From the human T2T-CHM13v2.0 reference genome, Homo sapiens, in the NCBI RefSeq assembly GCF_009914755.1, contig NC_060929.1: a stretch of DNA of 64,000 nt; one strand, written 5' to 3'. The position numbers were made by a program, and so were the translations under genes. Shown in pieces: positions 27,850 to 40,907 of this stretch (within the stretch, counting starts at the first letter, position 1; every line of letters begins with the position of its first letter). The notes below the pieces were generated by a model that was not told the origin of the DNA, ran no database searches, and was given only the letters and a program-made list of their open reading frames with translations.

Positions 27850-30800
27850 TTGCAACTAAGCATATCAAAAACAGAATAGAATGAAAGGTTTCTCAGCTTA
27901 GATGATGTCTCTTTGACCATACCTCAACTGTCTTCAATAGTTCTTATAATTATGTCGGAAAAAATAAAACCCTGGGACAAATATGCTATATTCTGAGAAA
28001 ACAGAAACTTTCACTTTCTGGTAGAGAAACAACTAGATAAATCTATTGCCTATTTTTTTCTCTTAATTTCCAACATTTATATATATATTTATTTCCAGTT
28101 GAATCATTGAGCAAACTCTGTTTGGTGCGAGTGTTCTTTTTAATCTTCTGGATATTCATTTTTACCCTGTTGCTTGCTCATCTATCCTTTCTGTAGTGTC
28201 TGATTTTAATATACGTTTTAAAATTTTATCATGAAATATAATCAAAGAGTGTCTGGATTCTAGTGGCTAAGTCATTTCCCACCAAGATTTTGGATTATAT
28301 AATCATTGAGGTCTCAACGCAAATGTAGATAGCAGCTTCACTTTAAGGCATGATGCATAAGGTTTGAGGTCTTGTGCCATTTTTGATAGTTAGGATTCCC
28401 AGTTTTTAAACACTACTTGTTAATTGCTGAAAAGTTATTAAGGCAAGAAGACACGTCAGTTGTCCAAAGAACAGCAAGAAGTTCAGGTTGGTTGAGAGTA
28501 GGCATCAAGCAGAAGAAAATTTTGGTTTAATCAAAGTGGTGGTTTGTCAGATGAACGTAATAAAAGACAGGAGAATTGAGGGAGTGGTTGTAATGACCAA
28601 CCAAAAAACTTACACAGAGTAAGGAAGGAGAGACCACTGAGGGGATGAGGGAAGGTTATAAGGTCATAGAATCAATAGACAAAGGTCTCCATAAAGTAAA
28701 AAGATTTGGAATGCTAGAGTATAAGAGTATAAGAGGGGCTTAACTGGAAACAAATAAGAGATGTTGTTCCATAGTAAGATTCATGAAATAGATATTATGG
28801 AAAGGTTACAGTTATTAATTTAAAAATAGTAATGTCTTGAGTATGCCATTGAAGAGGGTGAATGAAATAGTATGGAGGTCAACCTCATACACCATCCATC
28901 TAGAGAAATTTAAGAAACTTAGAAGACAGAGATTTGTGGGTCATATTTTTGAAACCTCAAGAATTAATACGAAAGATGTGGAGTATGTGATAGTGAGCCA
29001 GTAGTTAAAATCTTCAAGAAATGAGGGGGTAATGACATTTCATATTAAGATTAGACATGGTAGATTCAAGTCAGCTAGTGTTGGTGCAGCTATTGAGAGT
29101 ATGACTGAAGAAGTCGTACTTGTGATTTCATCTTCACCCCTACAGATGAGGAAAGGCATTCTAGAGGATTGGATGTTTATCACAGTGTGCAATCCAGTGT
29201 TCCACCCACCAGTGGGTCCCTGATAAATGGAAAAGCCTATGGAAATCATTGTCCTAGAGTAGTGTGTGAACTCACTTTTGACCTCTATTGTGGGGGGATG
29301 GAATTATATTAAGTGTGAGACTCCACTTGACATCTTTAGATAGAGTTAAAACTTTGGGAAAGGCAGATGTTATCCCAGCATGAGGTTTCCCTCTGCACAC
29401 CAAAGGTGGTAGATGGCCTAGGAAATGCTTCACATCGTCCCCAGGAGTAATTCCAAATACCTTAGCATGACATACATGACACTTCACACTCAATTCTCCG
29501 AGCCCATCTTTCTCCACCTTCCCCTTCACCTAATTCTGGCAGTCAACATTATAGCCACATGAACTGTTTGTAGTTTTTCAAATAACTCAGGCTGCCACAT
29601 GCCCGAGGGACTTTTCACTTGTTTCCTCTCCCTGAAACGTTCTTCACTTGAAAACTCCTGTATGTCCTTGAAGTCTCTCATTGTACATGCAAGGCACTTT
29701 GCAATCTGGAACTCTCTTATTTATCCTGTATCTACATTTCCTACCACTGGGAGTGGCTTATAGCAGATGATCAACAAACTCTGGTTGTTATAAGTTCATT
29801 TAATTTCCCATAGTAATTAATCATCCTGAACATTTTTAAATTTACAATTAGAAAATTCCAGAGGTAATTTCCAGGCACCATTACCTCTGCAAACCTACCA
29901 TCATTAGAATTCAACCGTGGCACTCTTAAGGATGAAAAGAAAGATAATAAAAGTCTTAAGTACAGACACGTAAGTAATGGAGATTAAGATAGCAGGATTG
30001 CCGGAAGCTCATAACTCTTGTTAAGAATTTTTAAAGCAAAGTTATCAAATCTCTGCACAGTGGAAAACCTATGTGTTTTGAATATAAATGTAGTTTTTTT
30101 CATGAAAATCATCTTTTCACTAGTGCCTGTACTTTAGATATTTGTGGCTAATGGCATTTCCCCAAAATTAAAAGTATGCTAGAAAAAAACTAAGATCATT
30201 CTAGGTTTATATTGGGTTGTTCTAGTTTGTTTTCTTCATCTAATCACCTATATGGTATGCTCTAGTATATGACTAAATCTAAGATTTATGTAAGATTATA
30301 AAATTTGGGGTATCTATATTTGTATCATAGTTCAACCATCACTGGAAGCTCATATCTCCATATGTGAGCAACACTGAGATAGGGTATTTAGGGCAGATTA
30401 GAGATTCTGTTTTGTCAATGAATGAATGAATGACAATGAATTTGAGGGCTCTGGATATGATCCTATCCTCCTATGCACCATGATACCAAAACCCCATTAT
30501 TAAATATGTTGTCTCCTGAATTCACCGTATTTTGTCTTCAGGAATCCCCTCCACAATGCAAATGCCCAAGAAAGGTAATCATTAGACAACTAGTATATTA
30601 TGCTTTCTATCAGATCAATCAAAGGAAGGGAATGCAACACAAAAAGATTTGAGCATAGACGTGAGGAAACTGACGATCGAAGGATTTCAGTAACTTAAAG
30701 TCATACACTTAGTAAGAACCAGAGTCAGGGTGTGAATCCAGATTTGTTCTGAAAACCACATGGACGTAGTGAGAGCACAGAGTGCTGCTCAGGGTAAATG

Positions 30801-33800
30801 GTCTGTCAGGTGCCCTGTGTGAAGTTATGCAGGAGGTGGAAAGCAAGGCTTTGGTCACATGGGACAGAGAGTATCAAGAGACCATTTCCCAGAGAAATGG
30901 AAAGCATGTGATATATAAATTCAGTATTTATCATGCTTTTATTTCAAATTATTCAGAAGAAGGGAAACTCCTCTTTTCTTTTACCTGCTGGCCCAATTTT
31001 CTGAATACCCTCCCTTTCCTGGAGATCACAGAAGGTGGCTGCACGCCAAGCCAAACATCTCTTCTGCTTAAGTTTTCCCCAGTCCTCTTTTCTGGCTGAG
31101 ATACAGTGAGGAGGTGTATTGATTTCAGCTCAGATTCTCATCTGGGTCATTCAACCCGCATTCAGCAAGTGGCATTCTTTCACTGCTGGAGGCAGAGAGA
31201 CACTGTCAGTCTCTCCCTGGAGGACAGTTGACTAAGTGTGGTAAGACTGTTTGCTGGCATCCCTTCCCTTGTCTGGGTTTGTTTTACATAACAGCATGCC
31301 ACAGCTCTTCAAGGAACAATGCTGGAAATGCCCCTGGCTTCCCTTCTCCTGACATGTAGGAGGGAAACATGAGCATTTGCAAAATGCTGTTGCTCCAAAC
31401 TCAGCTTTCAGCAGGCAGATAATAAATATTCCTCCATGCTGAGCTCCTTCCTCTCCTCTCCTCTCCCTCTTCTATCATATGGTTATCTATGACAGTGAAG
31501 CTCTGATACTGTACTTCGACTTTTTGAGGAGGCAGGATGAAAAGCAAGGGGCTTCAGTTTCATCATTTCTAGGATGGAAGAATTGAAGAAGTTGGTATCT
31601 AAATGTGCATAATTCTGTGGTCATGGTTATCCTGTTATTATTTCAGTATCATGGACCAAAATCTCTGTGCATGTCTTTTAATGGAATGCCATTGTGAGAA
31701 ATTTTTAAATTAAGAATCAAGCAACTAAAATTCTACATCTAGATCTGGTACTAATTATGTGACCCTGGGTATATAATTTCAACTCTCTGAGTCGCAGTTA
31801 CAGCTGGATTAGGTGATCCTTGATATTCTTTCTAACTGCAAATAGTCTATTATATACTTTCTTTTTTCCAGTTGGCATATCTTTTATTTACTTTAAAGTG
31901 ATAGTATTTTAGAGAAATAATTTTAGAACTGAAAACACAGGAAGCCTTTTCGAATTTTATTAGTTGTTGATTGGTGTATTTTCTTAATAAGAACAATAGC
32001 CAAACTGGCATAGGAAAGCAAGAAAGTTTGTGATCAATGTTTATGTCACCAGAATTTTCTTTGCCTTTCTACAGAAGATAAGCTACATGAAATCTTGGTG
32101 AATTTGACATTGGGTAAGGTTACAGATTTTCCACAAAAGTTGATACATGGCAAACAAGAAAAGGGAGAGTTTGTTTTTCTCCTTGTTCAGAACACAAGTC
32201 TTAAAACATCACTAAGGGTATCTTTCTTAACGTGAAAAAGATTAAAATGCAAACCCAAACAAAGAACTGTAATACACAACTAGATTCTCAAGATTATAAG
32301 ACCCTATGAGTTACGTGAAAACATTTAAAAAGTGAAAAAAAAAATGATAGTAACATTCAATAACATTTGTTAAGCACCCGGTCTGAGTCCTTGTGCTAAA
32401 ACACCATAGGAATCATTTATTTAATCCATTCAACAAATCTATGAGATACAGATGATAATTTTTTCCATTTTCATCTGCGAAAAAAACAGACCGGACAAGT
32501 AAAGTAACATTTCTTGCTCAACATTATAAAGCAAATAAAGGTCAAACTAAGAAATAACAGGTTTTTTCTAAATTTTTCATCAAATGTTGTATTCCTTAAA
32601 TTTCAAAAATAAATTTTAGAGCTTCCACTGTTAAAATTTGATACATATATTACATATGTCAATTTAAATAACAACACTATGAATTTTTAAATATTAAAAT
32701 TATATTTAATGTTTACATAGGGTTTTCAGAGATCTATTATTTAATTGAATTTGTTATAATTTATAGGGAAGAGAAAGAGAATTAGAGAAGAGATCGGATT
32801 CACCCAAGATCACACAAAGTCACATATAGGCAGGAATTGGAAGCTAGGTCTGCTGACTTTGAATCTAGTACTTTGCCCACCAACACAGAAAGTTTCCTTT
32901 TTCAGAGAAGTTGAGCTTTTTCGAACCAACTCTATATAGTATGGTAAAGTGTACAGAGGTTTTAAAATATATATTGGCAATGATTTTTAACAGATATCTT
33001 AAAAATATCCTTGAATTTCACAAAATGAAAAACTTCCTGGGTGAAAGAATTCCATGGGGGCAGGGGTGTGATAGTTGAAAATCGAGTGCTTGAGAATAAA
33101 GAGCAAGTAAGGTCAAGTTTTTAAACCTATAATTTTGCAGAATATTCCCAGGAGTGATTTGACATCTTGGGGAACATTTTGTGATTTGACCTTTTGCAAC
33201 CACTGCCTGCAGTTGCCTGAATTTGAACAATTATTTTTTTTCTAGCTGCTTTCAAAGCCATTTTAGAAGGCTTGGTATTCTGATAACATTAGGTTTCTCT
33301 ACCTCTGTGGAGCCTTTTCTTTAAGAAAATGTCAGTGCCTGGGTTAGATTAATCAGGTCCGGCTTCAAATGCAAAGTTACCCAGGCTCATCAAAAGGGTG
33401 AAAATGACAAGAAAAATAAAGCGCTTCTACTAATACGCTTATTTCTCCAAAATAGGTTTCTGGGTTTGGCGTTATATTTATTAATGACATTTCTCTCTTT
33501 ATCTCTTGATTTTGACCCATTTGTGAGATAGAATTGTAAATTGAAGAGATAGTATTCAAATATCATCTTGATTGCAGGTAACCTTGGTTTGTAGGATTCG
33601 TTTTTATTTACAGCTGGGATTCTTACTTTTTCTCCTCCAAGGCTAATATTTGGTATTTACCAGCTCAAGAGAGATGTGGATGTGGTAGAGCATACACTTG
33701 CTTGGAATAGCTGGCTGACACCCACTGAGTCCCCATAGAAGGCATGGAGAGAGACCATGAGGTCATCATCTAAACAGTAATCCATGCCTTGATTCAAGAG

Positions 33801-36800
33801 AGCTTATCAAATGAAGGACAAGAGCAAGGAATTATGAGATCCATTCAATAAGAAAACACCTAAGTGATGAAGTGTCTTAATTTCACCAAATAGATAACCA
33901 AAATGAGTAAAGTGAGAGGAGAAGCAGTGGAATCTTTTCTTTCCAATACTTCTAAAAGGGTGTATATTTCTGTTCACAGGTCAGGAAAAAATGAGGGAAG
34001 ACAAAGGACATTATGACTCCTAAAGAGGAGTGTCCCCCACAGCAAGTCCAGCTGAATATGTGTACTATAGACTATAGTAAATGTTTCCTAAAAGCCTAGT
34101 TTCGTGATAATATATCTTTGGAAAATGCTAAGTTAAAGGCAAACATCTTCTAGTGCAGAAGCACATATGTGCTAATGTGCGTGGTGAACCTCCAGTGGTA
34201 TCGCACGCTGTTTCACAAAAATCAAATGTTCCTGATTGAAGAAGTCATTATTTTTAGCATATTATGAAACCAATGTTCAATGAAAAATATTACTTAGAAA
34301 CATCACTTTAAGAGTATTCCCAACTATACTCTTCTTCTTTCTCCTCCACTGTATTCTCTTCTTTCTTTTTTGTAATATTTTAAATTCTGGTGGTTCTCAA
34401 ACTTTGGTAGGAATATTAAACAAGGAATGAAATAAGCTATGAGCTGAAAGAACAAAAATTTGCAAGATTTATAATTATTAAGGATTACAAATTATTTATA
34501 AAGACTAAACTTATATAGAATAAATATTTATAAAGACTTTTAACATGCATACTATCAATCCACAAGATAGCATCCATCTGAATATAATCTGAATCCACGT
34601 GCCATGATTCAAATGTCCCCCAGTGTTCGTACTGCCCTTCCAAACTTTGCAGCTGTTAACTTGTTAGAATTATTGAAAAATAATTGGTAAGCCTTGGATT
34701 TAGGGTCAAAATGTGGTGAGACACCTACTCCAATATTAGTAGCTATAAGGAAGTTACCACAAATTTGAATATGTGTATACTAGTCAGTGAAATATTCTAA
34801 TAGTAAAACTTAGGTTTTGGGTGGCATTCAGAGTTCCTAGTAGAGCCTTCGGCACCTAGGAGAAAATAAAAAATGGTGGTAATTACAACAAATATTGATT
34901 AATTACAACCAGTTATTGCAACAGGTATTGCAAGAACTCTGTCAGGTTGCTATGGAGAATTTTGTCATCTCTATTTTACAAAATAGGAAACTGAGTCTCA
35001 GATTGGTTACTTAAAATAACCTCCTAATATCACAAATTAGTTTTTGACCAATTTGGGACACGAACTTGGTTCTTACTAAATATACTGTCCTGTTTTTATA
35101 AATTGATGGATACCAAGCAATTTTTAAGGAGAACAAGATTCTATCTCCAGAGTAGATGGAAAAAGTTGTTCCCCGTGGATAAGGCATCTGTTTTTCAGGA
35201 CAGACCTGTGGACCAGGCATTTTTCTGTTGAGAATTCTTTGTTCTTTCAACACATCACAAATAGAATTTCTACTCATTTTCTCTGTGAAATGCAGTCTCA
35301 TCATTTCTATGTCAGAAGGGCAAAATGTAACATATCAACCCCAACTCTGTGGCTCTGGGATTACAACTCTGACAAATCAATTATAATCTCTTACTCAAAG
35401 GAGCATATCTAGCACTTACCTAACTATATATGGTTGAGTAGAAGTAAATGACTGCAACATTTCTCAGAATTTATCAGGTCTTCACTGACACCTCTGTAGA
35501 TCCCATTTTCTCTATTAAAGCTAATTTTCTCATCAAAGTTAATAGATGCAACTAGACTATTATATCTGCTTCTTATTGGCACCTCTCTTCTGAAGTGCTG
35601 AAACTATTTCCATTGAACCATGAGAGCTAAGAATGGAATATGAATTCACATTTTAAAATTTCTCCTGAAATGGGACTTCTGCAAAAGGTAAATTAGATCT
35701 GTTAGTGTCACAACCATACTCTATACAAACATTAAGTACATATAAAAGAATATTTTGTTACCTTCTGACAAAACCTGTTGGTATGTAATTAGTCTGTTCC
35801 TCAGAAATTGAGTTGAACAAAACAGCATAATTTTACTAATGCAAATATGTGAGCTCTAATAATGTATTACTGGCTCTAACAGTGGGTGACTGTAATAGTG
35901 TATTACTGGCTTTCATGGATGCATTAATATTAGTAGAAACAAGCATAAGATTGGCTACTTTACTATTACTCCTGAAGCCTGAAGGTAGCCTTTTAACAAA
36001 GGAAAAAAAAATCACTCAACAGGAATATCACCTACCAATGTCACAGAAGTTATTCTTCAAATCGACTGTCCTCAAAAAGCTCTATGTACCACTTTTTCTA
36101 TACTCTGTGTTCGAAAGATGACAAAACACTTTGCCTACTATTAGCAAATGTGTTTCTCACAATAGCCTTAGCAATAAGTTTGTTTATTCCTACTTTAGTG
36201 GGAGAATTTAAACAACTTACTCGCATTTCTGTACCTTATTATCATGATTGCATGTGCTTTAATCCTGGGACTAGATCTGCTACTGTGAATTGCCCTGCGT
36301 TTATGTAAAACATGTTTTAATATCTAGTTAGATGTTTGCAGGAGTTACAGTTAATTATACCAGGAAATTGCTGTCTCTTTCGATGGATCAAAGTAGCAAA
36401 TGTATTCATTTGTAGCTGTAGTTTTAGATTTCTGAGCTGGAGTTGTTTTATTTATGTATATCCCAAGGTGAACATATTTGCTGCATTTTTTTGAACTTGA
36501 CTATGGACTCAGACAAATGAATAGCATTACAAAATTCCACATTGGGCTAGGCATCTGTGGTAGCTTTTTTGGAGGGTGAGAAAGGGAACCTCTTGCATAA
36601 AGAGAATTTTCTAGTAAAGGAAGGCAGAAAACTGGGATATCAGCAAAGACCTAGCTCCATGAACCTAGAGAAAACCACTACATTTGGAGGCTTTGCAAAT
36701 ACTGAGCTTTCTTTCATCTAAAGCTATCCGCCAAGAGAAAATGTCTGCTTTTGTTGAGGCAGAGGCAGGCTGGTATTCCAGACAAATGAGTTTTCAGCTT

Positions 36801-37279
36801 CCTAAAGCTAATACGTGCATTATATAATGTTCAAGAGTAAATGAAGGCTCTGTTTGTCATTGAGGGCCCCAGTTATCCAAACCAGCTTTCTATATTAACC
36901 ACATTCTTGACATTCAACAATTAGTCAGCTTTCCACATTGTTTTTGTTTGTTTTCTTTGGATTTATCATCATAGTCCTAACCACTGATTTAGAACACAGA
37001 GGCTATTTTCTACAGAAGGAGTATGGGTTTATAAGGCAGGATTCTTAGGCCTGCCAGTAGGTAGCTCTGTCTCTTTGGATAAAGCATCCTTCTTTGATGA
37101 ACGTCAACTGCTTAATCTTTAAGAGGATAGAATTGGTTGGTATAGATTTATTCTAAGACACTTTCTAACTCTCTTTTTTGAATACTTAGTAAGTTTCTCC
37201 TATGTTTATTATGGGTCAGAACAGTGTTTAATCATATTTCATAGATTACTCTGCTTTGACATAACTGACATTAACGTAC

Positions 37280-37465
37280 CATCCTATGTGCCAGGAATTG
37301 TACCAAGAATGGTATGTATATTAACTCTTTTTATGTTCACAATATCACTGTGAAGTGGATTCTATTATTATTCTTACTTTACAGATAAAGAAGTTGAGAC
37401 TCAGAGACATAGAAAAGTTGCCTGAAATCACACAATCAGTTAGTGACAGGATTCGAATTTTGAAC
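37280..37465 (-). mobile_element. MIR SINE (one of many similar relics, e.g. ~7330-7550, ~23440-23640, ~26495-26700, ~46470-46690, ~49095-49330, ~51040-51245)
   Basis: ctatgtgccagg...ttttacagataaagaagttgagactcagaga...tcacacaatcagttagtgacagg matches the MIR core. Confidence 0.7.
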
Positions 37466-39115
37466 CCAGTTAATCTGATATTTGCCCTTGCAGTGGACAC
37501 TGTTGATGCCCCTGCCACCCTATCACCTTTCTTGAACTCACACACCCATCTCTCAGATGCTTAGGGGTTGGCTGCTGACAGCTCACTACTTGCCACTTTT
37601 TCTAGAGAAATACCACTGGCCAAAATAAAGCCATCTCAGCTAAGAGACTAAGACCATCCCTCCTCAGCAGCCTGCAGGGAACACATTACTGCTCTCCTTC
37701 TAGGGAAAATGATTCAAACCAGTTCCCATTCTTCAGTATAGTTCTCCACTCCTGCCCTCGGTGGATATTCAGATGGAGTCTTTAAAGGATAAATTTAAAC
37801 CAGAAAAATTATGTGAATGCACTTTTTAAAATTATATTTCCCTCAATTGCTATTTTGTTCTTCACGAACTTAATAGATGAAATCAGAACGGCAAAGTTTT
37901 TAAACAAAAACACACCTAGTAGACTTGGCACACTGTGGTGCTTGTGTTTTAGCAGCCAAACCCATTTGTTCTCTTCTTTCACTAATTGGATCTGGCTGAG
38001 AATCTCAAATCACCAAATAATACTTTACTAAACATAATGCAGCCACTCTGATAAAGCTGATTTCCCTTCTCTCTTTTTTTTTTCTTGGCAAGCATTTAGG
38101 ATTGCTAACAGCTCACTGTGACCTTATATCCATTGACACTAAGTTCAGCAAAAATTTTTCCAGAAGCAGTAATTTGTAATGTAAAAGTTTAATATCTTAA
38201 AAGCCAATGTTGATCTCCACTTTGGTCTTAAAGACTTTTGGTGTATAGCTCATCTAGAATTTTCTTCATGTCATACAGAGCTAAAGCATTTATTTATGTA
38301 ACAAATAATTGTGGAATTCCCTCTATGTCCCAGGCACTGTGCTAGATGCTCAGAATAAAATAGTGAGCAAAATAGCTAGAGCTACATCCCTTATGGAACT
38401 CATAAAATAATTATAATCTAGAGTATAATCCAGTATTCACCATCATATATTTTTATTGTGATCTTACTGAGCTCTTACTATGATGTCTTACTGAGGACAT
38501 TTGATGTAATAAGAGCTTCTTTCATGATGAGATACATTAATTGACGTTTGAAAAATAAATGGAGTTAAGTGAGTAAAGAAAGATGGGATATTAGAGTTGA
38601 GGCCAGAGGAGGCAGCAGGTGAAAGAACCCTGTGGGAAGAGGAAGCAGGGTGAGGAAGGCATGTAAAGAACTACAAGAACCCCAGTCAGTGAAGAATCAC
38701 TATTTAATATGAGTCCGGGAATATAGTGAGGGAAAAACAAAACAAAACAAAACAACATATGAAGCCCTAGAGAACAAGTTAAAGAATTTTAGTGTGACCT
38801 GATATCAATGGGCAATTATTGAAGAGTCTGGAGGTATTTATATGTATAGGCATGATCAGAGGGTAGAGAACATTTCAGAAGTTGAGAGCAACATATTGCA
38901 AACAAGGTCAAAATAATGAGAATTTTCCCCTTGGAAAAGCAGAAAATAAATCATATGGCTGAGCTAAAAGTGGGGAGATTATAAAGCTGGGATGGTTCAG
39001 GATGGATCAAGCAAACTGGGCCAGAATCACACGTTAAGCAGTGCGAATTTCATACTGAGGTGCTCAAGGGGAATGACCTGAACAAATATGTACTCTAGAA
39101 AGAAAAGCTTGGTTT

Positions 39116-39293
39116 AGCACTGTCCAATTGAATGTTCCATGATGAAGGAACTGCTCTACAATCTGTACCGTCCAATACACTAGTCACTAGCTACATGTAG
39201 CTCTCGCGCACTTGAAATGTGGTTTGTGTAACTAAGAAAGTAAATTTAATTTTTTAAAGTATGTTTAATATGGCTACCATTTTAGATAGGACA
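39116..39293 (+). mobile_element. MER3 (hAT-Charlie) relic
   Basis: gcactgtccaat...gtccaatacactagtcactagctacatgtagct...gcacttgaaatgtgg. Confidence 0.75.
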
Positions 39294-40548
39294 GGTGTAG
39301 TCGCATTGTGGAATATATGTGTGTGGGGTGGTGGTGGTGGTGGTGGTGGCATAGGTGGTCAGAAAGTTGGAATGAAGAAAAGGGGTAAAGAGATTATTCA
39401 GCAATCTAGGGGAGAGATGATGGCAGGAAGAATAAAGATGGAAAAATCATAGAGGCAAGAAATAAAAACATTTAATTTACTTGTCTAGGGCTCAGAGGAC
39501 ACAAATAGAATAATAAGAGAGAAAGACCTAGGTTAAATTTAGATTACCCATAGCCTTGATGCCAGGTTTAGAAGCCTGGGCTTTCTCCGAAGAGGAGCGT
39601 GGACCTATTTAAGTTTAGTGAACATAGGTTTCTTTACTCAGAATTTTCAAAAATGTGCCTGTCAGAAAGTTTAATTGTGGTGTGTAAGATAAATTAGCAT
39701 GTGTCTGTTATATGAGAACTCTTGTGCCATTATGCAGCAGTGACTTTCTTGGCCTGACAACTCCTTGATGGCAAAAGCTAGAGCTTAGCTATATATTTTT
39801 TCCCTCTCTTGACCTCACAGGACCTGGTTGGCAGGAGATATTGAATGTACTCCAGAAGAGTTAATGAGAGAATAAACAACCCCGAGAATGGTGGGCAGGT
39901 GATGAATGCAGAAACTGCTTGAGAGTAGCCTTTATAGAAGTTTGCAACTGATTAATTTGGAAATCTTTTATCCACAAAAATGTTCTGGATCCCTTAAGCT
40001 CAGGGATTGGGATTCTGCCGAAAGACTGAGTATTCTACCTAGACTTCTAGGCACATAAAAAACCGTGGGAAAATTTTGGTGCCAATTGCATGGAAATATT
40101 TGAAAACTTTTTGTTTCTGTAGTGTTTATCCAAGAAATTTTAAAATAAAATATGTTTTTTATATACTTTCAGATTATCTTCCTAAAAGTTCACATCATTG
40201 TGTATCCCCACCAACAGTGTGTACCTCTGATCCCTGTCCACATCTTTTCAGGACCAAACATTACCAAGGAATTTATTTTTTCCTCAATCTGCCAGGCTAA
40301 AAATGAAATACTATTATTTGACTTTGAATTTCACTGATCCCTTCTGAAGTTGAGTTTTCAAATATTTTGTATTTATAAGTTCTTCATTCCTTTTTTTAGC
40401 TTAGTTAAAAATTTAGGGTTTTTTTTCTCAATGACAAATGGGAATTCTTTATGTACTGGTCATATTAGCCTTTGAATTCTTATTTATTTTGGAAATATCT
40501 CACCACACTCAAATGTGGCGTTTTGCCCTTTAAAACTAGTTAGAGCAC

Positions 40549-40907
40549 TCTTTCTTTTTCTTTTCTTTTCTTTCTTTATTTCTTTTTTTCTTTTTGAAAC
40601 AAAGTCTCACTCTGTCACCCACACTGGAGTGCAGGAGTCTGAGGTGAAGTAGAAAGATCTCCACCCACCCACTGCAACCTGCAACCTCCACGTCCCAGGC
40701 TCAAGGGATCCTCCCACCTCAGTCCCTGGAGTAGCTGGGACTACAGGTGCATGCCACCACGCCTGGCTAATTTTTGGTATTTTTTTTTTTTTGTAGTGAT
40801 AGATTTTCACTACGTTGCCCAGGCTGGTGTTGAACTCCTGGACTCAAGCAATCCATGTACCTTGTGCTCCCCAAGTGAGGGGATTCCAAGTGCGAGCCAC
40901 CGTGCCC
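40549..40907 (-). mobile_element. Alu (J-like), antisense, with an internal insertion; nested in an old antisense L1M-like relic (~40175-41165)
   Basis: (CTTTT)n tail, Alu arms and non-Alu ~21 nt at 40635-40655. Flanks resemble L1M (cccaccaacagtgt..., ttccatcttaaatttattttgtgta). Confidence 0.85.

Noticed and set aside
35860-35912. Repeated gtattactggct 12-mer
   Set aside because: Only two copies with no array; likely a small old duplication.
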